Source: Desulfatiglandales bacterium
Lineage (GTDB): Bacteria > Desulfobacterota > DSM-4660 > Desulfatiglandales > Desulfatiglandaceae
NCBI GenBank assembly: GCA_963662465.1
Contig: OY759599.1
Location: forward strand, 7,168,001 to 7,232,000
Direction: 5' to 3'
Length of the DNA stretch: 64,000 nt
The notes beneath the pieces were generated by a model. The model saw only the letters and a list, made by a program, of their open reading frames with translations, searched no databases and was not told the DNA's origin. This document shows positions 19,810 through 29,733 of this stretch, one piece after another; within the stretch, counting starts at the first letter, position 1, and every line of letters starts with the position of its first letter. The translations under genes were made by a program, and so were the position numbers.

Positions 19810-20372
19810 GTACGGATGCCCTCCCTGCTCATCAACTCGCCGCGTTTTACGGCAACGGTGGAATGGAGGACACCCTCAGGAGCCTGCAAAAACTCAAAGA
19901 CGCCGGTTTATCCTATCAGCCCCTCCTGGTCGTGCCTTTCAAGGACGTGGTGGCGTGCAAGGACGATGAAAGCCTGCGGGTACTCCAGAGCATATACGCC
20001 ATCGACATGTATTATGCGGCGGTGTTCGGCAAAAAGCGGCAATACCTGGATACCCGAAGGTTCATCGACACGGAAATCGAACTGCGGCTCCCGGTCAATG
20101 ACGATGCGCTGGAACCCGTGGACCCGGCCGTGGTGCGTGCCTTTGTTCAAGACCTTGAAAACCTGAACAAACGTGATGCCCTGTTGGCGGCCATGGGCAA
20201 ACGCGCTGAACAACTGTTCAAAATGGCTGAGACCGATCCGGCCTCTCTAGACCACATTGTTGATGCCTTTTACGGGTTTCTGCTGGAGGGTACATATCTG
20301 GCCTTTTCCCTGGCCAGGGACGAGAAGATATCCCCGGAACTGACCGCTCTGTTCAAATCCGGAATCAACCGG
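19810..20372 (+). pseudogene. Internal fragment of an unidentified helical protein
   Basis: Long open, GC-richer coding-like frame (DALPAHQ...ELTALFKSG) with no clear start; the 3' end runs into the duplicated activator remnant. Confidence 0.45.
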
Positions 20373-20373
20373 A

Positions 20374-20452
20374 TTTCTAGAAGGCCGTTTCATAGTTTTG
20401 AATGCTGAAGATTATAAACCAGTCCTCATAATAGTGGCTGTCTATTTGCAAG
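20374..20452 (-). pseudogene. Degenerate copy of the 5' end of the sigma54 activator gene
   Basis: Aligns by eye with ~17441-17518 (AGATTWTAAACCRGTCCTCATAAYAG...CTGTCT..TT.CAAGAGGCC). Confidence 0.65.
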
Positions 20453-20642
20453 AGGCCGCCTTGTTCTGCCGGAAATCAACTCTCATATGTAAGAGCATAT
20501 CCGCAAGCCGATAAATATGAGAGCGAATTCGAATAAATATGAGAGAAATAGCGCTTTATTTAAACCCAAAAATTAAAGATCTTTGTAAACACTTGAAAAT
20601 GCATAATAAAATGTTCAAGTAAAATGTGGCGCAGTGTTTGCC
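20453..20642 (+). promoter_or_regulatory. Sigma54 promoter/enhancer module, copy 3
   Basis: Same architecture; TGGCGCAGTGTTTGCC at 20627-20642. Confidence 0.75.
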
Positions 20643-20687
20643 GAGAAAGAAGCGAAAGTCTTTAAAGCAAACAGCGAGGAGAATATT

Positions 20688-21455
20688 ATGAAAAGAAGAA
20701 TACTGAATTGTTCTGCCGTTTTCGTATTGTTTACCGCTTTAATACTCTTGCTGCTGCCGCCCAGCGCTATGGCCGATGGCGCCGGCGCCTGGACCACGAC
20801 GGCTTCCCCGGGATACATATTCCTGACGGAAGAAGGCATGGTTGATGGTGTGAGCCACCTTGCGCTTACGGTGATCGAGCCAGGGTATAAAAATGTCGAA
20901 ATCTACTGAGGATCGGAACTGGAGAAAGGGACGTACAAGTACGAGCTGAAGCCTCTGAATGATAAAACAAGCGACATGACGGTAACATTGGAATTTACGA
21001 GTGTTACCCGGGCGACAGTGACGGTGAATCCATGGATGAGCAACAGTGCTATCCAGGCGAAAGAGACCGTGAATCCATGGACGAGTACCAGTTCATGGAC
21101 CGGGGAACCGATAATTTTAAACAAGTTTTTTGGGAATACCGGCGCTGCAAGCCTGCCCAGGACCGGGCAGACTGAAAGCTATGCCGACTATGATGATGGA
21201 TACTATCAAAAGGGCGTTGCCGCGGCGGGTCCACGGTTTACGGACAATGACAATGGGACGGTAACCGATAACCAGACTGGATTGATCTGGCTGAAGGAAG
21301 GCAACTGTTTCGGAGCAAGGAATTGGAATGATGCCTTGTCGGCCTGTCACAATCTGGCCAGTGGTTCCTACGGGCTTACCGACGGTTCGAAAGCCGGCGA
21401 CTGGAACGGTGAGTCCTACGGCAGTTACGTTCGGGCGGTTCGCGGTGGACAGTGA
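20688..21455 (+). pseudogene. Secreted DUF1566 (Lcl C-terminal) domain protein with in-frame TGA (20907) and internal deletion
   Basis: Signal peptide; RBS GAGGAG; LPRTGQ...DDG..QKG...RFTDNDNGTVTDNQTGLIW; AGDW jumps straight to YVRAVRGGQ, skipping RLP..EL...YWSS. Confidence 0.75.
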
Positions 21456-21619
21456 TCGATTATTGGGCCATTTGATCCTTTGGTTATTCGGGATAATAAA
21501 ACATTTTGAGCCAAGGTAAAAATTCTTTGACCTTTTGATGAAAAGCCTTAATGGCATTCGATGCATGAATGAGGAGCATGCGGATTTAATATGATTTTTA
21601 AAGGAGTTTGACCGGCTCT

Positions 21620-21910
21620 TGGAAGCAGGCCGCTCAAAAGGGATTGGCGCTTCAAAACTACCTGAATGCTGCGACCCCGGCTGAGATGCGTGATGTTCCA
21701 TTTGAGACGATCATTGAAGCAAGCGCAAAACTCGGTGGTTTTTTCGGGCCGGTCATGGATGGCGTGATACTGAGCCAAGACCCGCGACAAACGCCGTTTA
21801 CGATTCAACATGCGCCCATGATTCTTGGAACGGTCAAGGATGAGGGTTCTTTGTTTGTTTATGAATATAATATCAAAACGATATCCGACTACGAACAGGC
21901 ACTGCGCCAT
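21620..21910 (+). pseudogene. Carboxylesterase type B fragment
   Basis: EMRDVPFETII...FGPVMDGVIL...PMILGTVKDEG motif; no N- or C-terminus. Confidence 0.65.
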
Positions 21911-22110
21911 TTACAGGAATACGGCGGAGACCGAAGCCGGCCGTGCGCTGGGCAATGTATTCCAGTATATGTTCGAAGGGGGGCCGGACCCGATGATGCA
22001 GGCAATCATTACAAACCTGATCGCCATTCGGAAGGGGATTATCAAAATCGATCAGGATCTGAACAATTTCTGAGCGCACATGGAAAGAGAATTGAAAGAC
22101 CTCAAGCGCA

Positions 22111-22803
22111 TCACCCTAAACAAGAAGGATCCAAAACGTCTTCAAAATCCCGCTTTCTTGAATTCATGAGGCTGCACACAAGGCGATAGTTCTTCCACTC
22201 GTAAGCATAGTCGGGGTGTTTCATTTTTGGCGCAAAATGCTCCACGGACCGCCCTCCCGTAACAGGAGGAATCAGCACGCAGGCATAGGCGCAGATGCCG
22301 TTATAAAGGCTGTAGAGTTCGTTCAGACAACGCCAGCCGTTCATGAAGCGTTCTGAGTGTCTGTGAATCCATGTCAAACCGGTTGATTGCCGCCAGTGTC
22401 TCCTGAATGGCTTTTTCCGCTTCCAGGGAACGGGCAGCCCCCAACCCGAAAATTTCGGAAGTAAGCCATGAAGAAACATCCTCGTCAAAAAGAACAACCA
22501 TCTGGTTCGAAGGCGCTTTACGGGTAACGGCCATGTCTGCTTTTCAAAAGAGAACCGGGACTCCAGGGGACTCGTATGCGCGGCATCATATTGCAGAAAG
22601 GAGATGGTGGGTTGCGCCGAATTGTCGGGGTCGGGCAGCGCCTGCAGGTCGGCCCACTTACGGGCCAGCGCCCACCAGGCAATGTCCGGGATGAATGTTT
22701 TCCCCAAACCGTTGTCCCCGGTCAGCAGGTTGAGCCGGGGCATAAAATCCACCTTCATATGCTGCGAAGGTCCCAGGTTGTGTAATTCAATCGATTTCAG
22801 CAT
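22111..22803 (-). pseudogene. Collapsed ABC-ATPase + HNH nuclease pair (Septu/PtuAB-like remnant)
   Basis: MLKSIELHNLGP...LLTGDNGLGKT (Walker A); other frame SWLTSEIFGLGAARSLEAE; then CAY...SVEHFAPK...YEWKNYRLVC..MNSRK HNH. Confidence 0.7.
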
Positions 22804-22918
22804 GACAACGCTCCGTTCTTGGAAAATTTCCGGGTTTGTGTTGTTGATACGGTTTTTTCTTCCCTGCAATGAATTGCCGGATTATTTTCTTCGAATCAGA
22901 CTCCGGCCCAAGGTCTGG

Positions 22919-25138
22919 TCAAAAGGCCTCAGGCAAAGAGGGGGTGTTCCTGAAAGCAGTTTCATCTTCCTTGTTTTTCTTCCCCAAAAACCGATGCGAT
23001 CCCGGCTTTGTTCGGGTTCCAATTATAATTGTTAATGCCTCCACAAACTTTTTCATCTGTGTCCCCTGAGCGCTCATTTCCTCAGAGGTTGCAGCGCTCT
23101 CTTCCGCATTGGCTGCATTTTGTTGCGTCACGCCGTCTATTTCGGTAATGGCGATGTTGACTTGCTCAATACCTTTCTTTTGTTCATTGGAAGCGGAGGC
23201 GATTTCAGCTACAAGAACACCAATCTTTTCACTACTGTCGGTTACTTCATGGAAATCGTGGGATGTTAGATCTATTAACGTCGTACTTTCTTGGATTTTC
23301 TTTACCACGGAATCAATGAGTCTGGAAGTGTCCTTTGCGGCTTCAGCTGCCCGCATTGCGAGGTTTCGAACTTCATTTGCTACCACCGCAAAACCGGCGC
23401 CGGCTTCACCGGCCCTGGCGGCTTCAACGGCTGCATTCAAGGCCAGCAGATTGGTTTGAAAGGCGATTTCATCAACCGTTTTAATGATTTTGGAGGTCTC
23501 ATGGCTGGCTTCTGATACCTCGGCGATGGCGCTTGCCAAGCGGCTCATTGACTCATTTGCCTTAATAACCACCTGCTTGCTTTCCCGCATGTGCAGGTCT
23601 GCCTGGCCGGCATTCTCCGCGGTTTGTTTGGTCATGGAAGACACCTCTTCCAGAGATGAGGAGATTTCTTCGATCCCGGCAGCTTGCTGGGATGCCCCGG
23701 CGGCAAGTGCCTGGCTGGTGGATGCAACTTCATGGGATCCGGTGTCCACTTGATCAGCTGCCTCGGTAAGTCCTTCGATGACGGGGGCAATCCCTCTCTG
23801 AATGCTTCGTGTAATGAAAAAACAAAGCAAAAGGCCAAAGAACATGCTGACCGCTGCTCCACCAATCATAAACCTGTTGGCGCTTATAATCTGGGAAAGC
23901 ATTCTTTGTTGCTGATTACTTTGGATTTCTTTGCAGGCTTTCTCTGCTGCCCGTGCGGCTGCCAGCATGTTTTTGTTGGCAGCCATTTGCTGATCCATCA
24001 GACCGGCGAACAGGTCAAAGGCTTCTTTGTAAGCCATAACCGATGCGAGAGCTTCATCGATTTGAAGAATGCCGACGTCCGATTTAAATTGAGTTTTCAA
24101 GTCTTGTCCAAGTTTGACAATTCGGGAAATCTGCTCATTCACCATTGTCTGATATGTATCGTCTTTGCTAATAATCATTTCCTTTTCGTTTTTCCGGGTA
24201 TCCAAAAACCATTTTAACATCCGGTTTGCGTCATCCGCTGTTTTCAATCGAATGGCATTTTGCTTGGAAGACTCAACTCGGACCGCGGCCAGTTTTTCTC
24301 TTTGGTTTTTGCGGATGGTCAGTGCTGCTACTTGCATATCTTTGGCGTATTGCAGCATACTTTTTAAATTGAAATCATTTTTTTCGTGCAGATAATTTGA
24401 AAAAGCCACCACGTAACCCGTTGTCTGGTCCCCCATTTTTTGGACTATTTTTTTATCCCCACCTTCGGTTAGTCGAGGGAGCATTCGGTCATTAATGTCA
24501 AAAACAACATTAATGGTTCCAATGGATCGTTCAAAAGCCTCATTGTTCCCGGTCAACAGGTAGTCCTTCTCTGCGATGCGTGCTTCCAGGACATGTTTGA
24601 CAATCAGGTTGGCGTCATCGACAATGGCCAGGCTTTCGTTCAGAAACCGCTCCAGATTTTTGCGGCTCTCGGCCAACTGTTTTCCCTGGTCTGATTCGAT
24701 ATCTTCAAGCTTTTCCATTGCCGTACGCGTTTTATCCTGCATCTTGGCCATTGTTTTGTCCTTGAGCGTCTCCAGATGATCATAAGCGTCAAATGCGACC
24801 CCATATGCCGACAATTGATTGGAAACCATCGCTATCTTTTCTTTATCCTTTTTTTGGTCAAATTTGTTTTTAATCGCGATGGTTTCTTTTTTTAGTTGCT
24901 CAAGACTCTTATGCACTTTATCCCCATGCAAACGATCACCCAGGATAATAAAATCCTTCTCCTGCTGACGAATGGCTGACAGGTCCTGGACCAAGTCATT
25001 GACGTCGTTCACTTTTGAAACGCTGTTCACCACGCTGGAAAGGCTTCGGCGCCCTATAGCTGCCACGAATCCTGTTAGTAAAATCAGGATAACGGCGAGA
25101 CTGACAATTTTTGAACTCAATTTCATTTTTTTGAACAT
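22919..25138 (-). CDS. Methyl-accepting chemotaxis protein
   Basis: Two TM segments, large helical periplasmic domain, [30 protein letters not shown] signature. Confidence 0.95.
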   Translation of the reverse strand: MFKKMKLSSKIVSLAVILILLTGFVAAIGRRSLSSVVNSVSKVNDVNDLVQDLSAIRQQEKDFIILGDRLHGDKVHKSLEQLKKETIAIKNKFDQKKDKEKIAMVSNQLSAYGVAFDAYDHLETLKDKTMAKMQDKTRTAMEKLEDIESDQGKQLAESRKNLERFLNESLAIVDDANLIVKHVLEARIAEKDYLLTGNNEAFERSIGTINVVFDINDRMLPRLTEGGDKKIVQKMGDQTTGYVVAFSNYLHEKNDFNLKSMLQYAKDMQVAALTIRKNQREKLAAVRVESSKQNAIRLKTADDANRMLKWFLDTRKNEKEMIISKDDTYQTMVNEQISRIVKLGQDLKTQFKSDVGILQIDEALASVMAYKEAFDLFAGLMDQQMAANKNMLAAARAAEKACKEIQSNQQQRMLSQIISANRFMIGGAAVSMFFGLLLCFFITRSIQRGIAPVIEGLTEAADQVDTGSHEVASTSQALAAGASQQAAGIEEISSSLEEVSSMTKQTAENAGQADLHMRESKQVVIKANESMSRLASAIAEVSEASHETSKIIKTVDEIAFQTNLLALNAAVEAARAGEAGAGFAVVANEVRNLAMRAAEAAKDTSRLIDSVVKKIQESTTLIDLTSHDFHEVTDSSEKIGVLVAEIASASNEQKKGIEQVNIAITEIDGVTQQNAANAEESAATSEEMSAQGTQMKKFVEALTIIIGTRTKPGSHRFLGKKNKEDETAFRNTPSLPEAF

Positions 25139-25165
25139 AGAATCGTTCTCCCTGAAAAAAAACGT

Positions 25166-25633
25166 TTAGGCGAGATCGATCGGATGCTTACGACGGATTG
25201 ATTGAATTATTTCGTCGAGCTGTTGAAGAAAACGTGATCTGTCGCGTTTTTTTAGCGGCGGCGGCCCACCTGTTATCTCACCCGCGTCTCGAAGTTCCGA
25301 CAACAGGTCCCGCGTTGCGATGGAGTGACCGATGTTGTCTTCCGTGAATGGTTTTCCGGTTGGGCCGATTACTCGGGCGCCTCTATTAAGACAGCGGCTC
25401 GCAAGGGGAATGTCGGCGGTAATCACGATGTCATGCGGTTGCACGTGTTCGACAATCCAATCGTCGGCCGCGTCCAATCCGTTCTCCACAACTTCGAGAG
25501 CAATCCATGGCTCATTCGGAGTTCGCATCCGGGAGTTGGCCACCAATGTGACATCAAGGCCGCATCGGCTTGCGACGCGGTACACTTCCTGTTTGACCGG
25601 GCACGCATCAGCATCGATAAATATATGGAGCAA
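25166..25633 (-). CDS. YaiI/YqxD (UPF0178) family protein
   Basis: IFIDADACPVK, DAADDWI, VITADIPLA, GGPPP. Confidence 0.92.
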   Translation of the reverse strand: MLHIFIDADACPVKQEVYRVASRCGLDVTLVANSRMRTPNEPWIALEVVENGLDAADDWIVEHVQPHDIVITADIPLASRCLNRGARVIGPTGKPFTEDNIGHSIATRDLLSELRDAGEITGGPPPLKKRDRSRFLQQLDEIIQSIRRKHPIDLA

Positions 25634-25728
25634 GTGAAGATCCTTTCCATTTTTCTTTACGGGTTTCCCTCTGTTTCAAGTGGTTAATTGATTGAAATGT
25701 GACAGGTGTTTACCTCCCAAAGACCCGT

Positions 25729-26817
25729 TCAGCCAAGATCCCTCGTGGTGACCAAATTACGGCCCGCATTTTTGGATGCATATAAAGCATCATCCGCTGC
25801 TTTGACAAGATCTTCAGCATTACCGCCTTCCATGGGAGGAACCATCGTGGCAACCCCGAAGCTTAATGTGATAAAATCGTTCACATCCGAACGGATATGC
25901 TCCCGTTTCATGGAAACAATTGCCGTCCGAATTGTTTCAGCGAGATGATGCGCTCCTTTGGAAGTGGTATTCGGCAATATTAAAATAAACTCCTCTCCGC
26001 CATATCGGGCTGCAAGGTCAGCAGGTCTAAGCATACAACTTTTCATGCATTTAGCCACAGCTTTAAGGCATTCATCGCCTTCCTGGTGTCCATAGTAATC
26101 GTTGTAGCGTTTAAAAAAATCAACATCACAAAGAATCAGCGAAAATGGTTGCTGTTCCCGTTTCATCCTCAGCCATTCCGTTCGTAATGTTTCATCAAAA
26201 AGACGTCGGTTTGCAAGCTGTGTCAGACCGTCAACGGTTGCCAGTCGCTTTAATTCCAAATTGGCTTTCTCCAAAGCTTCTTCGTGGCGTTTACGATCGG
26301 TAATGTCCTTGTATTGTTCGACAATTCCAATGATTTCAGCTGTTAAACCAAACAGTGGCGTGGTGGTAAGCCAAAAAGGAACCCTTTTGCCCTTCGTAAT
26401 TTCCAGCTCAATGTCAAGTTCAATCCGCGGATTCCGCTTCCGGATATGTTTTAACGGACATCTTTCCGTATGGCATAAATCAGAAGTTATTATTTCATAA
26501 CACTTTTTACCAATGGCATCTGTTTTACTCTTTAATTTGAGGAGTTCTACAAAGGCATTATTAATACGCAAAACTGTTTTATGGTTATCAATGACCCAAA
26601 TAGCGTCATCTATTGCGTTAAATACCTGATTGAATTCCAGATGAGAAACTTCTACCGCTACTTGAAGTGAGTTGGAACGTGCAATAATCTCCTCAAACTG
26701 ATCCAATAGTTCCTGATTTTCTTCTTTAAGAGCGATCAGCTCCTCTTCAACCGTATCTCTAATTTCTGATTCATGTTGTACGTGAACCTGGCCATCATTG
26801 CATGTTTGTTCACTCAT
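25729..26817 (-). CDS. PAS-GGDEF diguanylate cyclase
   Basis: DGLTQLANRR, DVDFFKRYND.YGH..GD, RPADLAARYGGEEF (RxxD I-site), ADDALY.SK..GRN. Confidence 0.95.
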   Translation of the reverse strand: MSEQTCNDGQVHVQHESEIRDTVEEELIALKEENQELLDQFEEIIARSNSLQVAVEVSHLEFNQVFNAIDDAIWVIDNHKTVLRINNAFVELLKLKSKTDAIGKKCYEIITSDLCHTERCPLKHIRKRNPRIELDIELEITKGKRVPFWLTTTPLFGLTAEIIGIVEQYKDITDRKRHEEALEKANLELKRLATVDGLTQLANRRLFDETLRTEWLRMKREQQPFSLILCDVDFFKRYNDYYGHQEGDECLKAVAKCMKSCMLRPADLAARYGGEEFILILPNTTSKGAHHLAETIRTAIVSMKREHIRSDVNDFITLSFGVATMVPPMEGGNAEDLVKAADDALYASKNAGRNLVTTRDLG

Positions 26818-26881
26818 GATTTATCGAACCCCAGGATTATGGAAAATTATTTTTTTCGATTGGTTTTCCCCTGTATCAGAA

Positions 26882-28243
26882 TTATTGTAACCCGTATTTA
26901 TTGATCTTGGCTGAAAGAGTTTTTCGGTTAATGCCCAAAATCCTGGCGGCTTCGATCTTTTTGCCTTTGGCTTTTTTCATTACAAAGGTGATGTATTTTT
27001 TTTCCAGCTCTTCAAGGGTAGTGGGGTTGTCGGGGAAAAGCTGTAGCTCTCCCTGTTGCTGGATGATATAAGCAGGAAGGTTTCTTTCCTGGATAATATC
27101 CGTATCTTCAAGAATCAGAATCCTTTCGATGGCGTGTTCAAGTTCCCTGACATTGCCGGGCCACGGGTATTCTTTTAGAACTTCAATGGCCTCGGGTGAT
27201 ATCGCCGTCGGCGGTTTTTTCATTTTGCGGCTTAGTTTTTCCAGGAAATACTCAATCAAAAGGGGAATGTCCTCTTTTCTTTCCCTGAGTGAAGGGAGAT
27301 CGAGGGGGACCACGCTCAGGCGATAGAAGAGGTCTTCTCGAAATGTTCCCTTCTGAATGGCTTCGGGAAGGGGTGTGTTGGAAGCGGCGATGATGCGAAC
27401 GTCGAGCTTTATGCGGTGCTGATCGCCCACCTTCATGAATTCCCGTTCCTGAAGGACCCTTAGAAGTTTGGCTTGAATTTTCAGGCTCAGGTTCGTAATT
27501 TCATCAAAGAAAAAGGTTCCATGGTTGGCCAGCTCAAAGAGACCATGTTTGGTTTGATGAGCGCCGGTAAAGGACCCCTTTATATGGCCGAAAAGCTCAC
27601 TTTCAAGGAGCGTTTCAACCAGCGCGGAACAGTCAACCGCCACAAATTCCTTGTCTTTCCGATTGCTGTTGGCATGAATGGCGCGGGCCACCAGTTCTTT
27701 CCCCGTGCCGCTTTCTCCGGATATCAACACAGAGCTTTCGGTGGGGGCAACCCGCTTTATTTTTTCAAAAATTTTTTTCATGGGCGCGCTTTGACCGACA
27801 ATGAGGTGTTTGGGGGAATCCTGTTTTAACCCACTGCATCCGGTGGATAGCTCTCGGTTTAAGGTTTTGCCACTGTAGACCTTGCTGATGGCCGCATCCA
27901 GGTCATCGAGGCTGAAAGGTTTGGTCAGGTAGTCCAGGGCGCCCAATTTTGTACAATGGACCGCCGTGGCAATGGTGGGATATCCTGTAATCATGACGAC
28001 GTTTGTTTCAGGGTATTTTCGACGTATCTGTTTGAGGATTTCAATGCCGTCCATATCCTCCATTTTGATATCCAGGAGGACCATATCAAAGACCTGTGCA
28101 TCGAGGCACGCCAAGGCCTCTTTTCCATTGGCCGCTTCCGTGGCGTGCATCTTGCGGTTGACAAGGGCCCGGCTAATCCCTTTCCTGACCACCGACTCGT
28201 CATCGACGATCAGCACATGTTTTATTTTTTTTCCGTGGGCCAT
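26882..28243 (-). CDS. NtrC/AtoC-family sigma54 response regulator
   Basis: Receiver domain, GESGTGKE, GSFTGA, WPGNVREL, Fis HTH. Confidence 0.95.
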   Translation of the reverse strand: MAHGKKIKHVLIVDDESVVRKGISRALVNRKMHATEAANGKEALACLDAQVFDMVLLDIKMEDMDGIEILKQIRRKYPETNVVMITGYPTIATAVHCTKLGALDYLTKPFSLDDLDAAISKVYSGKTLNRELSTGCSGLKQDSPKHLIVGQSAPMKKIFEKIKRVAPTESSVLISGESGTGKELVARAIHANSNRKDKEFVAVDCSALVETLLESELFGHIKGSFTGAHQTKHGLFELANHGTFFFDEITNLSLKIQAKLLRVLQEREFMKVGDQHRIKLDVRIIAASNTPLPEAIQKGTFREDLFYRLSVVPLDLPSLRERKEDIPLLIEYFLEKLSRKMKKPPTAISPEAIEVLKEYPWPGNVRELEHAIERILILEDTDIIQERNLPAYIIQQQGELQLFPDNPTTLEELEKKYITFVMKKAKGKKIEAARILGINRKTLSAKINKYGLQ

Positions 28244-28254
28244 TCAGCGCAATT

Positions 28255-29733
28255 TCATCCCTTGACGACGATAACCGGAAGCAATACCTTGAAAGTGGTT
28301 CCCGCATCCGGAATGCTCTCCACCTGAATCGAACCTTGATGGGCGTCCACCACCCCTTTGACGATGGCCAGTCCCAGTCCCGTCCCGATGACCTGGCGGG
28401 TTTTGGGATGTTTGACCCGGTAGAATTTGTCAAATATCTTGGGTAATTCCTCGGTAGGTATGCCCACCCCCGTATCTTCAACCCGGATTTCCATATATTC
28501 ACCCAACCCTTTGGCGGAGACGGTGACGCGGCCCCCCTCGGGAGAATAATTGATGGCATTGCTGATGAGGTTGTTGAAAATTTCTTCGATTCTCTTGGGG
28601 TCCGCCTGGACCGGTTTCATATCTTCGCATAAATGGGTTAGAACAATTCCCTGTTCTTGAGCCCTCGGTTCCATGAGGACAATGATATCTTCAATAATCT
28701 TACCGATATCCGTGGGCGCCTGGTGTTGGACAAATTTTCCCGCTTCAATTTTAGCAATGTCTAAAAGGTCGTTGATAAGGCTTAGGAGGGAATCGATTTT
28801 GTTCATGCCCCGTTTGACAAAATCCTGCTGCTTCTCTTGAAGGGGGCCAGCCAGTCCTTCCAGCAAGACACTGTTGATCTGCCGAATGGCCACGAGCGGG
28901 CTGCGCAGCTCATGGGCGACCATATTGACAAAATCCGACTTCATTTGATCGAGCTGTTTAAATGCGGTAATGTCTTCCAGGACGGTTACCGTGCCCACAA
29001 CGGCCCTGTCCGGATCAATGGCCGGCGCCGACAGGGCGCGGAGGGTGCTTTTTTCCAATTGGATTTCCTGGGAAACCGATTCGTCTTTCATGGTTTCGCC
29101 GCCGAGAAGTTGTTTAAGGGTGTCGATCAGGAACTCATCCTTAATGATTTCAGAAAGGGGCGTGGGACTTTCCCGCCTGTCGGCAATTTCCATCAGGCGC
29201 ATGAGGGCCGGGTTGTGAAGCACCACTTCCAGGTTGCGGTTGGTGACCATGATGCCGTTGGCCATGTGATTGATGATGGTTTTCAGCCGGCTTTTTTCCA
29301 GATTAAGATCGTAGAGGTTTCGAATGTTTTCCGCCTCAAACTGCTTGGCTTTTAATTCCAGGCGCCTTTTTTCCGCAGCCCTCGCGATGGTGATCAGAAA
29401 TTGGTCGATTTGGAACGGCTTGGTGATGAAGTCATAAGCCCCTTTTTTCATGCATTCCACAGCTGTATCCACTGTGCCATGGCCGGTAATCACGATGACG
29501 GGAATATCGGGATAGGCATCGCGGGTTTTTTCCAGGACCTCTTCGCCGCCCATAACCGGCATTTTGAGATCCAGCAGCATGATATCGATGCTTGCTTCGG
29601 CCAGCACGTCTAAAGCCCGGTTTCCGTCTTCAGCGGTGAAAATCTCATACCCTTTGCCGTTAAGTACGCGGCGGCATCCTTCCCTGACCACTTTTTCATC
29701 ATCTACAACCAGAACACATGTTTTTTCAGCCAT
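28255..29733 (-). CDS. Hybrid receiver-PAS-histidine kinase
   Basis: VVDDE...LDLKMP; AHELRSPL H-box; NLISNAINY, DTGVGI, GTGLGL. Confidence 0.95.
   Translation of the reverse strand: MAEKTCVLVVDDEKVVREGCRRVLNGKGYEIFTAEDGNRALDVLAEASIDIMLLDLKMPVMGGEEVLEKTRDAYPDIPVIVITGHGTVDTAVECMKKGAYDFITKPFQIDQFLITIARAAEKRRLELKAKQFEAENIRNLYDLNLEKSRLKTIINHMANGIMVTNRNLEVVLHNPALMRLMEIADRRESPTPLSEIIKDEFLIDTLKQLLGGETMKDESVSQEIQLEKSTLRALSAPAIDPDRAVVGTVTVLEDITAFKQLDQMKSDFVNMVAHELRSPLVAIRQINSVLLEGLAGPLQEKQQDFVKRGMNKIDSLLSLINDLLDIAKIEAGKFVQHQAPTDIGKIIEDIIVLMEPRAQEQGIVLTHLCEDMKPVQADPKRIEEIFNNLISNAINYSPEGGRVTVSAKGLGEYMEIRVEDTGVGIPTEELPKIFDKFYRVKHPKTRQVIGTGLGLAIVKGVVDAHQGSIQVESIPDAGTTFKVLLPVIVVKG

Noticed and set aside
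20907..20909. In-frame TGA (EIY-stop-GSELE) as a fourth selenocysteine
   Set aside because: No Cys/redox motif context, no convincing hairpin at +15/+16, and the same gene has an internal deletion; a nonsense mutation is more likely
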